From the NCBI GenBank assembly GCA_031835245.2, contig JAVKOQ020000015.1:62001-126000 (forward strand): 64,000 nucleotides of DNA, read 5' to 3'. Position numbers and translations under genes: made by a program. The stretch is from Balamuthia mandrillaris (taxonomy: Eukaryota). Shown one piece after another: positions 51,266 through 63,946 of this stretch (position 1 is the stretch's first letter; each line of letters begins with the position of its first letter). Under the pieces are notes generated by a model. It saw only the letters and a list, made by a program, of their open reading frames with translations, was not told where the DNA came from and searched no databases.

Positions 51266-51431
51266 TGCGGCTCTCTCTCTTTTTCCTTTGCTTTTCTTTC
51301 TTTCTTTTGTTGCCCCTTTCTCTAATGAGTTTGCATATTAATTAATATATGCGATTAATATAGGAAGGAGAGAAAGAGGGGGAGGGGTGGTGCTTGCCCC
51401 TCCGGGCTTCATTCTTCTACCACCCCTTCCT

Positions 51432-52202
51432 TTATGGGCAGCCGTTCTCTCTCGCCCAACGCAGCACTTCCATGTGACCATTCTCCTCTGCCTTTGCGCA
51501 GGTTTGCCAGTCCCAAGGGCAGCCGTTGGCTCTGGCCCATTGCAGCAGCTCCAAATGGCCGTTCTCAGCAGCGCGGGCGCAGGTGCTTTCGTCCCAAGGG
51601 CATCCACTGGCTCTCGCCCATCTTAACAGCTCCAAATGGCCGTTGTGAGCAGCACCGCTGCAAGTCCGCTCGTCCCAAGGACAGCCGTTCTCCCTTAGCC
51701 ATTTCACCACGCGCAAATGGCCGTACTCTGCAGTGGTCCAGCAAGTATCGTCATCCCAAGTACACCCAGCCTTCCCGTGCATCCATTTTAACACCTCCAA
51801 GTGGCCACCTTGGACAGCCCAGACGAAGCAGCGCTCCTTATTCCAAGGACATCCCTGCTCTCGCAGCCATGTTAGCACTTCCAACATTCCATTTCGAGCC
51901 GCATAGGCGCAAGCAGCCTCACTCCAGGGGCATCCATTCACTCGGAGCCATTGTAGTACCTCCAGGTGTCCATGTGCAGCAGCAAAGAGACAAGCTCTCT
52001 CGTTCCAAGGGCAGCCGTTTGTTCTCAGCCATTGCAGCACCTCCAAGTGGCCACCAGCGGCAGCCAGATCGCAAGTTTCGCTGTCCCAAGGGCATCCTTT
52101 CTCTCTCGCCCGTTTTAGCTCCTCCAAGTTGCCTTCCTGAGCAGCTAGATGGCAAGCACGTTTATACCCAGGACGTCCCTCCTCGCCTGTGTTTCTTTTC
52201 AT
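51432..52202 (-). CDS. GCPWD ankyrin repeat protein, intronless
   Basis: About nine AAxxGHLExLxWxRxNGCPW repeats in one open frame. Confidence 0.85.
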   Translation of the reverse strand: MKRNTGEEGRPGYKRACHLAAQEGNLEELKRAREKGCPWDSETCDLAAAGGHLEVLQWLRTNGCPWNERACLFAAAHGHLEVLQWLRVNGCPWSEAACAYAARNGMLEVLTWLREQGCPWNKERCFVWAVQGGHLEVLKWMHGKAGCTWDDDTCWTTAEYGHLRVVKWLRENGCPWDERTCSGAAHNGHLELLRWARASGCPWDESTCARAAENGHLELLQWARANGCPWDWQTCAKAEENGHMEVLRWARENGCP

Positions 52203-52332
52203 GTGCTTCGTAGGCAGTAGGTGGCGGAAGAGCAAGGCAAAAAACACTGGCTTCTTGTTCTTTGTTCTTTTAATAATTGCCCAAGTCTGCTAAGTTTTGC
52301 AGGAGAGAGAGAGAATCAGAGAGGAGAGGCGA

Positions 52333-52386
<54 letters not shown>

Positions 52387-52408
52387 CAATGCGCGTTCAG
52401 CTGCTAAG

Positions 52409-52471
52409 ATGAGAGTTTCTTTCGCCGCAAGGGCAACCGTTCGCCCATTTCAGCACCTCCCAATGGCCACC
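52409..52471 (-). pseudogene. Short ankyrin fragment similar to the 3' end of the 58.8-kb ankyrin gene
   Basis: Matches 58843-58876 joined to 58937-58965. Confidence 0.7.
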
Positions 52472-53364
52472 TCCACCATCATTATCTCCTTCGTCATCTT
52501 ATTCTTCTCTTTCCTCTTCCTCTTCACAAAGACAAAGACTACGACCTCCTAGACGGAGTCGCAACCACAAAACAACAAAAGAAGAGCACAACACAGAAGA
52601 ACAAAAACACAAAAACAGAGGAGAACGAGACGTGGAAGTGAAAGTCTTGTTGGCATACCAAAGGAGATGCCAGCATGACCATTCGCACGGAGCTCCTCGT
52701 GAATGTGCCGGTACCTCGCTTCATCCGTTTGCCCTTGGAGCTCACTGTCTCTCAGTTTGTGGCCAGTGGAGTGGCTTTTGTTTCTTTCCAAGAGGGATCC
52801 ACTTTACGTTTGAGTGAGAACAAGAAGAAGAAGAAGAAGAAGAAGAAGAAGAAGAACACGAACAAGAAGAACAAGAAGAACAAGAAGAAGAACAACAACA
52901 AGAAGAACAAGAAGATGATGACGAGGAAGAAGAGGAAGAAGATGCAAAAGGGAGCAAGCTTGTCGACAAGGCCGTTTAAGATGGTGAGAATGGACCTGTC
53001 CATCGGCGACCAAGGCGTGTTGAAGAACATGAAGAATCTGGAAGACTTCATATTGGAGCAGCTGCGAAAGAAGCTCAACGAGACGCTCGTTTCTCCCTCA
53101 ATGTACATTGTTATTTACGAGGAGAAAGACGGAGCAAAAGAAGAAGAGGCAGAGAAAGGGGGTGAAGATGATGCACAATGGGCGCAACACCAAGGCCGTA
53201 AGCAAGCTGAACTTACTTCTATTCGCGGAGAGGCCGTTAGAGACTTCTTAACCGTTCATAAAGCGCACCAAGAGATTTATGCTAACAAACATATTTGTGA
53301 GTGCATAGCCAAAGAAACGAAAAAAAAATATACAATAGGAAGAAGTAAGTACCTCGGACTCTAA
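52472..53364 (+). pseudogene. MDM12: 5'-truncated, frameshifted MDM12-like SMP-domain gene (ERMES component)
   Basis: DVEVKVLLAY, a frameshift, then GDASMTIRTELLVNVPVPRFIRLPLELTV and IGDQGVLKNMKNLEDFILEQLRKKLNETLVSPS. The N-terminal half is absent. Confidence 0.65.
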
Positions 53365-55285
53365 GTAACCCTGTATCAGCTCGAGCTTCCAAAGTTTCGG
53401 ACAAGCATTCCTCAAACGTTCAAACACCACTTCGTCCGCGCTTGTCGTCTCGGATGGGATCACATCCTCCTCCGCCAAGGACTGCACCCAACGAGGGTGA
53501 GCCAAAGCCAACAACTTCACGTCCACTCTCAGAGTCAACAGCCCACTTGCTCGCTCTAGTATGTGCCACAAAGCTTGGTAATGAGGAAGATGACTGGTGA
53601 AGAGAATGCTTTGTGGTTTCTCGCTCTCTTCATCACTGCCAGATGATGAGCTATCGTCGTCATCATCCTCGATTGCAGGAAGTGTTTGTATGGAGAGAGT
53701 TTGTAGTTGGGGAAGAGAAGAAAGCAGTTCGAGACGAAATACGTCTTCTGCCTCTCCATCTTTAGCTTCTGTTGTCAGTTCGTTGCTGTTGTGGTGAACA
53801 AACTTTCGGAGGAGTTGTTGATAGATGTGCTGGTTGCGTTCATCGTCTTCATCTTCTTCTGGTGGAGGTACAGCAAGCAAGAACACCAGTTGAACAAGTG
53901 CTGGAAGATTCAGAGTCACGTTGTTTAGCCTGTGGGACTTGGGTTGTTAATGATAGAAGAGAACCACAGTTGACTTAAACATTAAAACCGAACCTCGGAG
54001 CGATGTCCACGCTAAGGCTGTGCAACTTGGGGCAATCCAAACGAAGCACTTGCAGGAATTCCATGAAGTACAGCTTCAATGTGCGAAGGTTGGGACACGA
54101 CAAGCTCAACTCCACCACGTGCCACGTTCGTTCCATGCTTAGGTGTTGCACAGAGATTGGACAGCTCTATTATTATTTAAAGAATAACACAAGCAAACAC
54201 ATGAGAATAAAACTGATCAGAAAAAGAAACGGTTGTTGTATAAGATACAAAACCTGAATGACGATGGCTTCTTCTGGCACAAGCTTTCTGTCGGGTTCAG
54301 TGTAACTGCTGCTGTCATGTTGGCACCAAAGATCCAACGAAGGCACGTTGTTCTTTGAGCTATCGGACAAAGTGGTTAACGCATGCTCCGACGTCAACAA
54401 GCAGTTTTCCAGTTGGATCTGGCACAAGTTGGGGCAATCAAGCTCAAACTCTACCAGCTGCAATGCAACGTAATGGAGGAGGGGAAGAATAAGCAGAAGC
54501 AGCAGAAGAGGGACATGAAGAAGAAGAAAGCAGAAGAACAGACCTTATTCCAACAGACCAATAGGATAGAACGGAGGGAGTGATGACGAAGGCGAAAGCT
54601 GGTAAGGAAATGATTGTTACAAGAGATGAACTCAACAAGTTTCGGCGTGGCTGTCTCTAAGGCTTTTATCCATGCTGTTGTAACTATTCTCGTGAAGATA
54701 GATACCTTGTAAGCTGCATGGGTTGCGCATGAAGGAACAGAAGAAAGGAGAACCAAGAATTGAAGAGGGAGGATCACAACAAGCAGTAGAGTTGAATAAA
54801 TAAAGAACAGAAGAAAGAAGTACCATGATGAGTACTCATGACACTCAACAAAACCAAATTCTCGAAATGGTTCAACGCTATAGGTTCTGAGCTCGGGTAC
54901 CCATCAAACGTTATTTCAGTTGATTCGAGGCGCTGACACAGACGGGGATACAGCTCTCCGTCCGTGACATCCGCAAAGTTTCCTGAAGCAAAGCAAAAGT
55001 GGGGTCTCTGTTGCAAAAACATGTCTAGAAATTTACACTTCAAAAGGAACACGTGTAATGAATGTTAGGAAACTGGACAAAAACTAGCATGCCTCTAAAA
55101 TACAAAACAAATCAAACAAAAAAAAAGAGAACCTCTTCGTCGGTAAAGTGGTACTTTCTGGGGAGAGGATGTTGGGCTACCGAACGGACGGCGAGTGATC
55201 GTAACTGAGGGAATAGCCAACTCTTCGAGAGCTCCTCTAACATTTCTGGTAACAACTTTAAAATCCATCTATAATGTAAGGCGAG

Positions 55286-55332
<47 letters not shown>

Positions 55333-55729
55333 AGAGAAAGAGAGATAAAGAGAGAATAGGAAACGCACAGTATCGATATCAAGCTTTTGCAAAGTGGATC
55401 CATGCAGAAGCAGAGTCTTCCATAAATCCAACTGTTACAATAATTAGAAAAATAGCAAGAAAAAACTGGTCACATGATAAACAGCGGAAGGTAAGACCTG
55501 TGCAGGTTCCATTCCAACCGCAGTGCACGAGAACACACGCAATTTTGGGCAGTCGATGTCGAGGGCAACGCGTACGGCGTTTTTGATATAGAGTTTCTCC
55601 AAGCTCTTGGCATGAAGGGAAACGAAGGTACCATCCGGCAACGAAAGGTGCAACGTGCGAAGGTTGGGGCAAGAAGGTCCAATTTCCTTTATGACCTGTT
55701 CGTCTAGGCAAATGTTGGCACCTATAGAA

Positions 55730-55771
<42 letters not shown>

Positions 55772-56399
55772 AAACAATAGCGAAAAGAGAGAAGTTAGTA
55801 ATTATTAGACGCGTTGTGTATAAAAAGAACAAGAAAGCAAACATAAAACAAGCAAGAAAAGTGATACTAACGGTCCCACATAATCTTTAAAACATGCAGG
55901 TCAACGTTGTTGCGGAGGATAGATCTAAGGCTCTCCCTTTGAGTGGGGATATCGTTCATGCATTCAGCAGTGAAGGAACAGAAATCCATGCTGAAGTTGA
56001 CCAGGTTTGTGCAACATCGAGCAATCGTGGGCAGCACGTGAGGTTGTAAGTCCACAAAATACATGGAGAGCTTCGTGAGATTACACAAACTAGGCTCCAG
56101 CGGGTCAAAATAGTATTCAGCTCTTTATTTTCAAAACCAGATAAAAATTTCAGTATATAAAACGAACGAGTAAAAGGAGTTTATGACTTACTCACTTAGT
56201 CCATCACAATTTTCCGCGTCCCACATGTATTCTCTAAGACAAGGACTCTGCCTTAAGGCCAAGAGTACATTCCTGTACTCAGGTCTGTAATCTGGAAAGA
56301 GAGTCATCGCTTCTAATTTTGAAAGTTGCAATACACACTTCTCCAAAGCTATTTGTTGTTTTAGGATATCACAACGCTCAATAAAGGAAAGTAAGGAGA

Positions 56400-56461
<62 letters not shown>

Positions 56462-57805
56462 CAGAGAGAGAGCTAAATGGAGACCCTCATGAGTAACAGA
56501 TGAATTGCTTAGATTCCCTATGGTGATTCGTTCGAGGGAGGGACAATGGGAAGCTAAGGTTGCCAGTTGATAGTCGGATATTAACTTACTAGACAAATCT
56601 ACAATTCTCAACTTGTTGCAATTCTACAGAAGAAAGAACAGGTGCTTCAGCATAAGTGCTCAACGGGTGGAGAGGCGGAAGAAAAACAAGAAAGAAGGCA
56701 GAAGAGCGAGCAGATGTACGGCAAACACATGAGCCAGCCCTTCAGGATTACCGTTTGGCGTTACGGTTCCATTCATAAGTAATACTTCTAATTCGTGAAG
56801 CTTACCAAGATCTTGAGGGAAGTGCATGAGGAAGAAAGAGAAAGAGGAGTAAGCTATAATATTCCAAAGAGAAAGAGAGATAGAGGTGAAAGGAGAGAGA
56901 TATGATCTACCGTCAATAATACATTGTGTGAACTTAACTTCGCATATGTCCAAGTGCTGCAACAAAGTACAATGCTCCGCTGCCACTGTTATAGCGACAC
57001 CGCAAAGACGAAAGCCGCAAACAAGAACAAAAACAAATTAAAAGTGATACAAACAAACATTCGAATAGAACTACGAACGGTGGATGGTGGAAGAGTCTAT
57101 GGGCACATATGCCAAAGACAACGAGGTAAGATTTGAACAATGGGCAAGAGAGCGTAAACCATTGTCCGTCAGATATTTGCAGTCTTTGACCGAGAGCAAA
57201 AGAAAGAATATAACATGAGCGTTAATGAGAGAAGAGAAGAGAACGATGAAGAGAACGATGGAGAGAAGAGAATGACGAAGAGACGAGAAACGGAAAAAGG
57301 GTGACGAAGAATAAGTACGGGAAAGGTTGAGAGAGCATAGTTGGGTGGAGCGAGACCTCAAAATGGCGTCCACTTGCTCGTCTGACAACTGCAGGCACCC
57401 AGAGAGGTCCAAATGAACTGTACGGACGGCGGTGGAGGCAAGGAGAGAAGGATCCTCGGAGGATAAAGCGGCGGTGAGCAGAGCGGCGTGGAGAGCGGAG
57501 CAGTCGGAAAAGTCGAGATGGACCTGAGCGGGGCCGACGAAGAGGTTGGAAGAAAACAAGCCAGGCAAGACCTCCGCCAGCCGGTTGCTCCGCTTCCAGT
57601 GCGAGAGGAGCCGTTCCAAAAGATCCGGAAGAAGAACGTTACGGGGTAGTTCCTCTGCTTGCTCTTGTTTCGCAGCCACAGCACCGTAAGAAGAAAGAAA
57701 GTCAGCCAAGGCGTCCATGCAGAGCCATTGTAAGGAAGGTATGGCGGCTTTTCTGTATGTCGTCCATGTTGCTGGTGAGGGTAAGGGTGATGGTAACGCT
57801 TCCAT
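53115..57805 (-). CDS. BC-box plus Cys-containing LRR protein (FBXL-type repeats)
   Basis: IPSLQWLCMDAL...LPDLLERLL, LDLSGCLQLSD, CKYLTDNGL, LASHCPSLE and CPNLRTL. Many introns. Confidence 0.75.
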
Positions 57806-57854
57806 CCGCTTGGAATAATAATGTCGACGCGCTCCTTTCTAAATATATTCTTCG

Positions 57855-58119
57855 TTCTCTTCTCTTCTCTTCATCGTTCTCTTCTCTTCTCTTCTCTTCT
57901 CTTCTCTTCTCTTCTCTTCTCTTCTCTTCTCTTCTCTTCTCTTCTCTTCTCTTCTCTTCTCGTTCTCTTCTCTGCTCTTCTCTTCTCTTCGTCGTTGTCT
58001 TCTCTTCTCTTCTCTTCTCTTCTCTTCTCTTCTCTCTCTTCTCTTTTTCTCTTCTTCTCTTCTCTTCTCTTCTCTTCTCTTCTCTTCTCTTCTCTTCTCT
58101 CTCTTCTCTTTCTCCTCTC

Positions 58120-58165
<46 letters not shown>
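57855..58165. repeat. (CTTCT)n/(CT)n microsatellite upstream of the LRR gene
   Basis: Directly visible in the sequence. Confidence 0.9.
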
Positions 58166-58239
58166 CCTCCCTCCTCTGTTCACTCTGCATTAAACCAACC
58201 ACAAAAAATAATAACAGGAGGGCATGGGACGTCTTTCTT

Positions 58240-58500
58240 TGCGCAAAGGAGCATCCCTGGGGCAGCAGCATCCCACCTTGGTTCGTGGAGCCAGCGCGTC
58301 CCTCCAGCCCGTTTTATGCTGTTCTAGCCATGTGAATCAGCCACAAGGCTTGTTGTGCATCACACGCACACCGAAAAACTCACTGCTGCAGCCCCATGCA
58401 GAAGAAGAAGACAAATGCAACAGGCAAAAGGGCACTTGCCGTCTCTTTGGGGGTTCCAGCTGGACCCACTGCAAGGTGGCCATAACTACTTCTTCTTCTT
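58240..58500 (-). pseudogene. Heavily degenerate ankyrin fragment
   Basis: CCCACTGCAAGGTGGCCAT is shared with 59265-59283. A GCCPRD remnant is also present. Confidence 0.45.
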
Positions 58501-58812
58501 CTTTCTTTCATTATGTGCGAGCTTGCTCCTTCTTCCTGGTCTTGTGCTGTTGCGTCTTTCCAGGTGGACAATAAGTTTGTGCGCAGCGCTCTCTCTTCTT
58601 TCTATTTTTTTATTGAACTAAAAGTATTGTTGCTGGGATGTGAAGCCAATCGCCTTTGCACATGTACAAACCACTGAGCTTTGGGTAGGGGACCGAACTC
58701 CCATTGATGCCTCCCTCCCCTCCAAAGTGACACATCCTCTATTCGCAGTCAAGTGGCCAAAATGAGAGTTACGAGAATATACTAAAGGAACCGTTGTTGT
58801 CCACTGGAGGCT

Positions 58813-59597
58813 TCATCCTCTCCTCGCAGTCAAGTGGCCAAAATGAGAGTTTCTTCGTCGCAAGGGCAACCGTTCGCTCTCGCCCATCGCAGCCTGGGCA
58901 CAGACGTAGGGGTCCCAAGGACAGCCATTCTCTCTCGCCCATTTCAGCACCTCCCAATGGCCACCCCTTGCTGCATTGGTGCAAGTATCTTCGTCCCAAG
59001 GGCAACCCTTGGCTCTGGCCCACTTGAGCACTTCCAAATGCCCTCGCCCGGCAGCTTCTTTGCAGGTGAACTCGTCCCAAGGACATCCGCGATCTCGCGC
59101 CCACTCAAGCACCGCCAGGTGGCCACCGCGAGCAGCGAGTCTGCAGGTCGTTTCGTCCCAAGGACATCCCTGCTCCCTTGCCCATTGCACCATCTCCAGG
59201 TTGCCCGTAAACGCAGCGTTGGCACAGACCTCGGTACCCAAGTGTAACCCCTGCCCAAGATGAGCCCACTGCAAGGTGGCCATGGAACTGCAGGCCCAAC
59301 TCAGGGAGAACTTGTGACGAAGGCCAGAAGGGGCGCAGCGGTACCACCTGCGGCAGGTCCTGGCGGCCGCCGCCACACTGCCCTCCCCCTCCTCTTCGTC
59401 CTTAGCGCACAGTATGCCAAGGATGTGGCAAAGCAGTTCCTCTGGCAGCAGGTCTTCCACCCAACAACAAGCCTTCTCCTCGCCCTCCTCCTCCTTTGTT
59501 CCGTTGTTACGGAAGCCTCTTCTTCTTTTGGTTCTTCTTCTTCGTCGTCTTCTTCGTTGGTCCTCCGTTTTTTGTTCGTTTGGTGCAATGTCCCCAT
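58813..59597 (-). pseudogene. F-box-like plus GCPWD ankyrin gene with frameshifts
   Basis: LPEELLCHIL...ARTCRRW and GCPWD repeats. The ATG at 59597 is out of frame with the body. An internal deletion at about 58887 shifts the last repeat (WARANGCPCDEET). Confidence 0.75.
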
Positions 59598-59796
59598 TTG
59601 TTGCGCTGCGTCCTTCCGTTTGGCAGCCTGTTTGAGTTGAGCATTTCTTCTTATCTTTTTTTTTCTGTTGTTTAATTTTTTTTAAAAGTTCAAATTTTTT
59701 CGAGGAATTTATTCTTTGATCTACATTTTTACCTTTTTAAGGTGGAGTTTATGATTTTTGATTGGTGCTTTGATTTTTTAATATATATAAATTCAT

Positions 59797-61589
59797 TTAG
59801 CCCACAAACTTCCGCAGGTCCTCCAGCCAAGCCTCCCGTTCCTGCGGTTTGCCTTGCAACACCACCATCCACTGCTTTGCTTTTGCCATCCCGCCTGGGG
59901 TGCCCTCTTCTTCTCTTCCTCCCTCTCTATGTTTTTCTTCCTCTGTCTCCTCTTTCGGCACGAGGGCGAGGCAACTGGAAGATTTGTCTGTATCTTCAAC
60001 GACGATCTCTTTCACATCCCTCAAGCAGAGGGATAGAAAATAGACGAACTGCTGTTGTTGACCGGAGGCTGCGCCCTCTCGCATTCGCTTCTTTGACTTT
60101 TTGGTGCAGAACAAAAGCAAGTCGTTGAACATGAAGCAGTAATACTTTGTCTTGTCCGACTTGAATGACAGTATGCCTTCTCGCACGTAACTTCGTGCGG
60201 GATGATACAAACTCTAAAGTTTCATCAACAGAAATCAGTTAAGCACAAGAAGAAGAACAACAAGAAGAAGAACAAGAACAAGAACAAGAAGAAGAACAAG
60301 AACAAGAAGAAGAACAAGAACAAGAACAAGAACAAGAAGACTAACAACAGAACAAGAAGAAGCACAACAAAGAATAAGGAGATAAGATGGTGAAGATGAA
60401 TGAGGTACATAGGGAACATCATCTATGCTGTCTTCGATGGCATGGATGGTACGTGCTCGCTGCATGGCATCGTCGTCAATGCCTTTGTTAAGATTATCTA
60501 AAAGGTCACTGAGGTGATTTGCTGCTCTTCCCAATTGGTTGTAATCATCATGATTCGGACTTGTATACTTCAGAAGTTCCTGTTTAGGAAGATTGTAAGA
60601 GAAAGAGAGAAAAAAACCATAAAATAAGAAACGAACGAACCCGCAACAATAAAGAATATCTTGAAGAGGAAAAGTTAGTCAAGGGTTCAAGAGTGAAAAC
60701 AGAGCATAAAGGAGGAAGAGAGAGAACCTTGGGATACGTTGTATGGGCATTATCAAAAACGAACTGAGGCTTAGCGAAGTAGTCTTCAATTGCTGTTTCT
60801 CAAACTCCTACACAAAACAAATGATGGTTGTGAACAAACAAAAAACAAAGAAAAAGAAGATTATGATGATTACTTCTTTGATAGCTTTAAAAGCAGGTTT
60901 CTTCTGACAGATGCGACGCAAGCTGATAATGCTCGTGTTATAGCCACGCATGAAGCTGCTATAGTCCTTCAAGAAGCCAGTCTTGAAGCACGTTTACCTT
61001 GTCAGACAACAGATAGAGAGGAGAAGCAGAGAAGCAGAGGAGAGAGAGAGAGAGAGAGAGAGAAGGAAGTAAACCTCGTTCAAGAAAAAGTCGCCCAGAG
61101 TAGAGGAAGGACCCCATTGGGAGATACGATCTGACAGTTGTTGCAAGAATCGACGATGACCATCAAGGATTTGAGGCATGTTCAAGAAAATAGAGTATAT
61201 CTCTTCTTTGGCAAGTATCGTTTTGTATTGGCCATCCATCAAAGGATCTATCAATTGCTGAACGACCGTTTGTAAGCTTTGCACGTAACTCTTCTCTGTG
61301 CTGAGTATCTCGGAGACGACTCGTTCTCGCACTGCAGTCCGTGCTTTCTCCATTTGTAAAGCTATTTGTTTGGTGGATTGGTTAAAAAAAGGGAAGCGAA
61401 AAAATGCAGAGAAACGCAAACCATTGGGACCAGCACATTGTTGAGTTTCGGCAGAAGAAGTAGAAGACGAAGAAACAGCGTTTAGCGTTTGGGTCAAACA
61501 GGCATCGTTGCTTGTAGGAGCATATTTCTTCTCGATAACTGTAGGAGTAACTATTTCAAAAGGGTTAACCCTTCGTAAGTGGAGAGGGA

Positions 61590-61629
<40 letters not shown>

Positions 61630-63946
61630 CAAACTTGCTTCTCGTCGTTCAGACAAAAGAGGCGTGGTATTTGTTCGAATGGCATTTGCTGATGTAACTA
61701 GACTACCTGCATGTTGAGCAATAACACTCTTTCTCTTTGCAACATCATCAAAGCGAAAGTGTTGAAGATGAGAACCAGAATCTGCCTGCTCTTCAATTGA
61801 AGATGAATAATTTTTGCGAAAGAAGGAATGCGGAGAAGATGTATCATCTACAGAGATGACTGAAACAGCGTTACGAAACTCGGCAGATGCCATCGTTACA
61901 TTCTCTATCTTCAACGCTTTTACTCCTCTTCGAGACAATTCTGGGCTGTTGATGAGGACAGAAGAACGAACGCTTTGTTGCTTTTGCAGTTGTAGCTCTG
62001 CTTCCTCTCGTTGCTGTTCTTTTTGTAAAGCCAATAACTCGAGTTCCTTTTGCCGAATCTGCATTTCCTGAGCTTCTAGTTCTCTGAGTTGTTGCCGTAT
62101 CTCGAATTCTTCGTCTGATTGTAGTTCCTTTTGTTTCATTTCTTGGCTCAACAACTTCATGAAGAGATAATCCAAATCGAACTTGTCGCGAATGTATTCC
62201 AACAACGAGACCAGCTTTTGCTTGTTGCCATTTACAATATCTTTGTTTTTTAAAAAGGAGTGGACGTGTGAGATGAGAGAGAGAGAGAGAGAGAGAGAGG
62301 CAAGTGAGTATTGGCTACCTGGACCAGTGCAATCCGGAACGGTTTCAAACGTTTGGCTTTCTAGAAAGTTAAGCACCGTGGAAGCGTTGCGAATATACTG
62401 CCACAAGTACTTCGGCTCCGGTTCGAACATATCTGCCGTTTGTCCTGTTAACACCTTTGAGCATTCAAATAATTAATATTCTCATGAAAGGCTAAAGCTT
62501 AAATGGAGAAGAAAACAGAGAGAGAGAGAGAGAAGAGGAGGAGGAGGAGGAGGAGGAGGAGGAACCTGAAGAAGGTGCATCAAAACAACGCCAGAACGAA
62601 GGCTAGAAGTAATGTTCGTTATTGGGCGAAGCGGAGAGCTTTCGCTTGAAATAAATTTGCTCAACTGGTGATTAACCCAATCCACCAACTCTTTTTCTCG
62701 TGGCTCTAAAGTCTGATCGAAAAACAACAAAAGATAAGGAAACAGTTTCATATTGAGAGAGAGAGAGAGAGAACAGGATAGACAGCGACCTCATATGGTT
62801 CTTCATAAGCATCAACCGAAAACTCAGTCATGACAAGAGATTGAGACCAGAGGCTCTTTGCAGAATGAGACTTCTGAATTTGAGGTCCGTTGTAAAAGTC
62901 AAACGTTCTTACTTTGTTTCCTAACACTATTATGTTATTGATAACCTACGCTCGATCATATTAATAAGAAAAATAAAGATAACAGAGCAAAAATGAACGA
63001 TGACGATAGCAAGAAGAAGTAGCGGAAAGGAGAGCAAAAGAGCATAGCAAAGCAAGAAGAAGGAGGATGGGAAGAAGGAAATACCAAGCCAGGGTCCTTT
63101 TCTTCAGAAAGGTCAGTGGTGTTAAAAAGGTCACTCTCACGCAGACCCAATTCCCGACATGCATTCAAATAGCTTTCAATATTTTCCTGCAGAGAGGAGG
63201 GAGAGGGAGGGAGAGAGGGAGAGGGAGAGAGATGAGTTTTCTTCTCATGTATGTTTCTTTTTTTCTTTTTCTTTTGCTTCATCCTCATCACTTTCTTTCT
63301 TCAGCAATGGTTGACAAATGAACAAACCATTTGATGATACTGAATCTGGCTGGCATGAATCTTTTTCGAGATGATACCTGGTTTTATGGTATTAACCAAC
63401 CTGAGAGAGAAACAAGATCGCTGAGTTATTTTCCAAAGAAAAAAAACAATGTGACGTACTCGCAAAGCACAACTCCGGACTTTAAACACTGAATGAAAGA
63501 TGGTTGCGAGAGGTCTCGTTGCAAAGTGCTCTCCAACCAATGGCAAGCGATTCGCTCCAACTCGGCAGAGTACTTGAATTCTGCTTTTGTGGCGATGTCT
63601 TCCGTCAAACTGGTGACAGAAGGTAATTTTGAGGCAGAAGAAGAAAGAGAAAGGTGGTTGCTATTATAACTTGCACTTAAACTTGCTGGGCTGGTATTGT
63701 TGTTCGTGTTGTGAATAGTGTTTTTGGTGACAGTAGCAATGGCAAGAGGAGAAGACGAAGGAGCAAGAGTGGAACGAGATAAGAGAGGAGAGGAAGTGAC
63801 GGAGGAAGCGAGAGAAGGAGAAGGGGAAGCAGGAGACGCTGATGCTGATGTGAAGGATGCAGAACGAGGAGGTGGTAAAGACGACAGTCTACGGCGAGAG
63901 TATCTTAGTGGAGCATCACTTGTTGTTGTTAGACTTGATCTAAAAG

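Noticed and set aside
3350..59510. Several single-base frameshifts as evidence of insertional RNA editing or programmed frameshifting
   Set aside because: The shifts go in both directions with no shared context and mostly fall in decaying copies. Assembly error or pseudogenisation is simpler.
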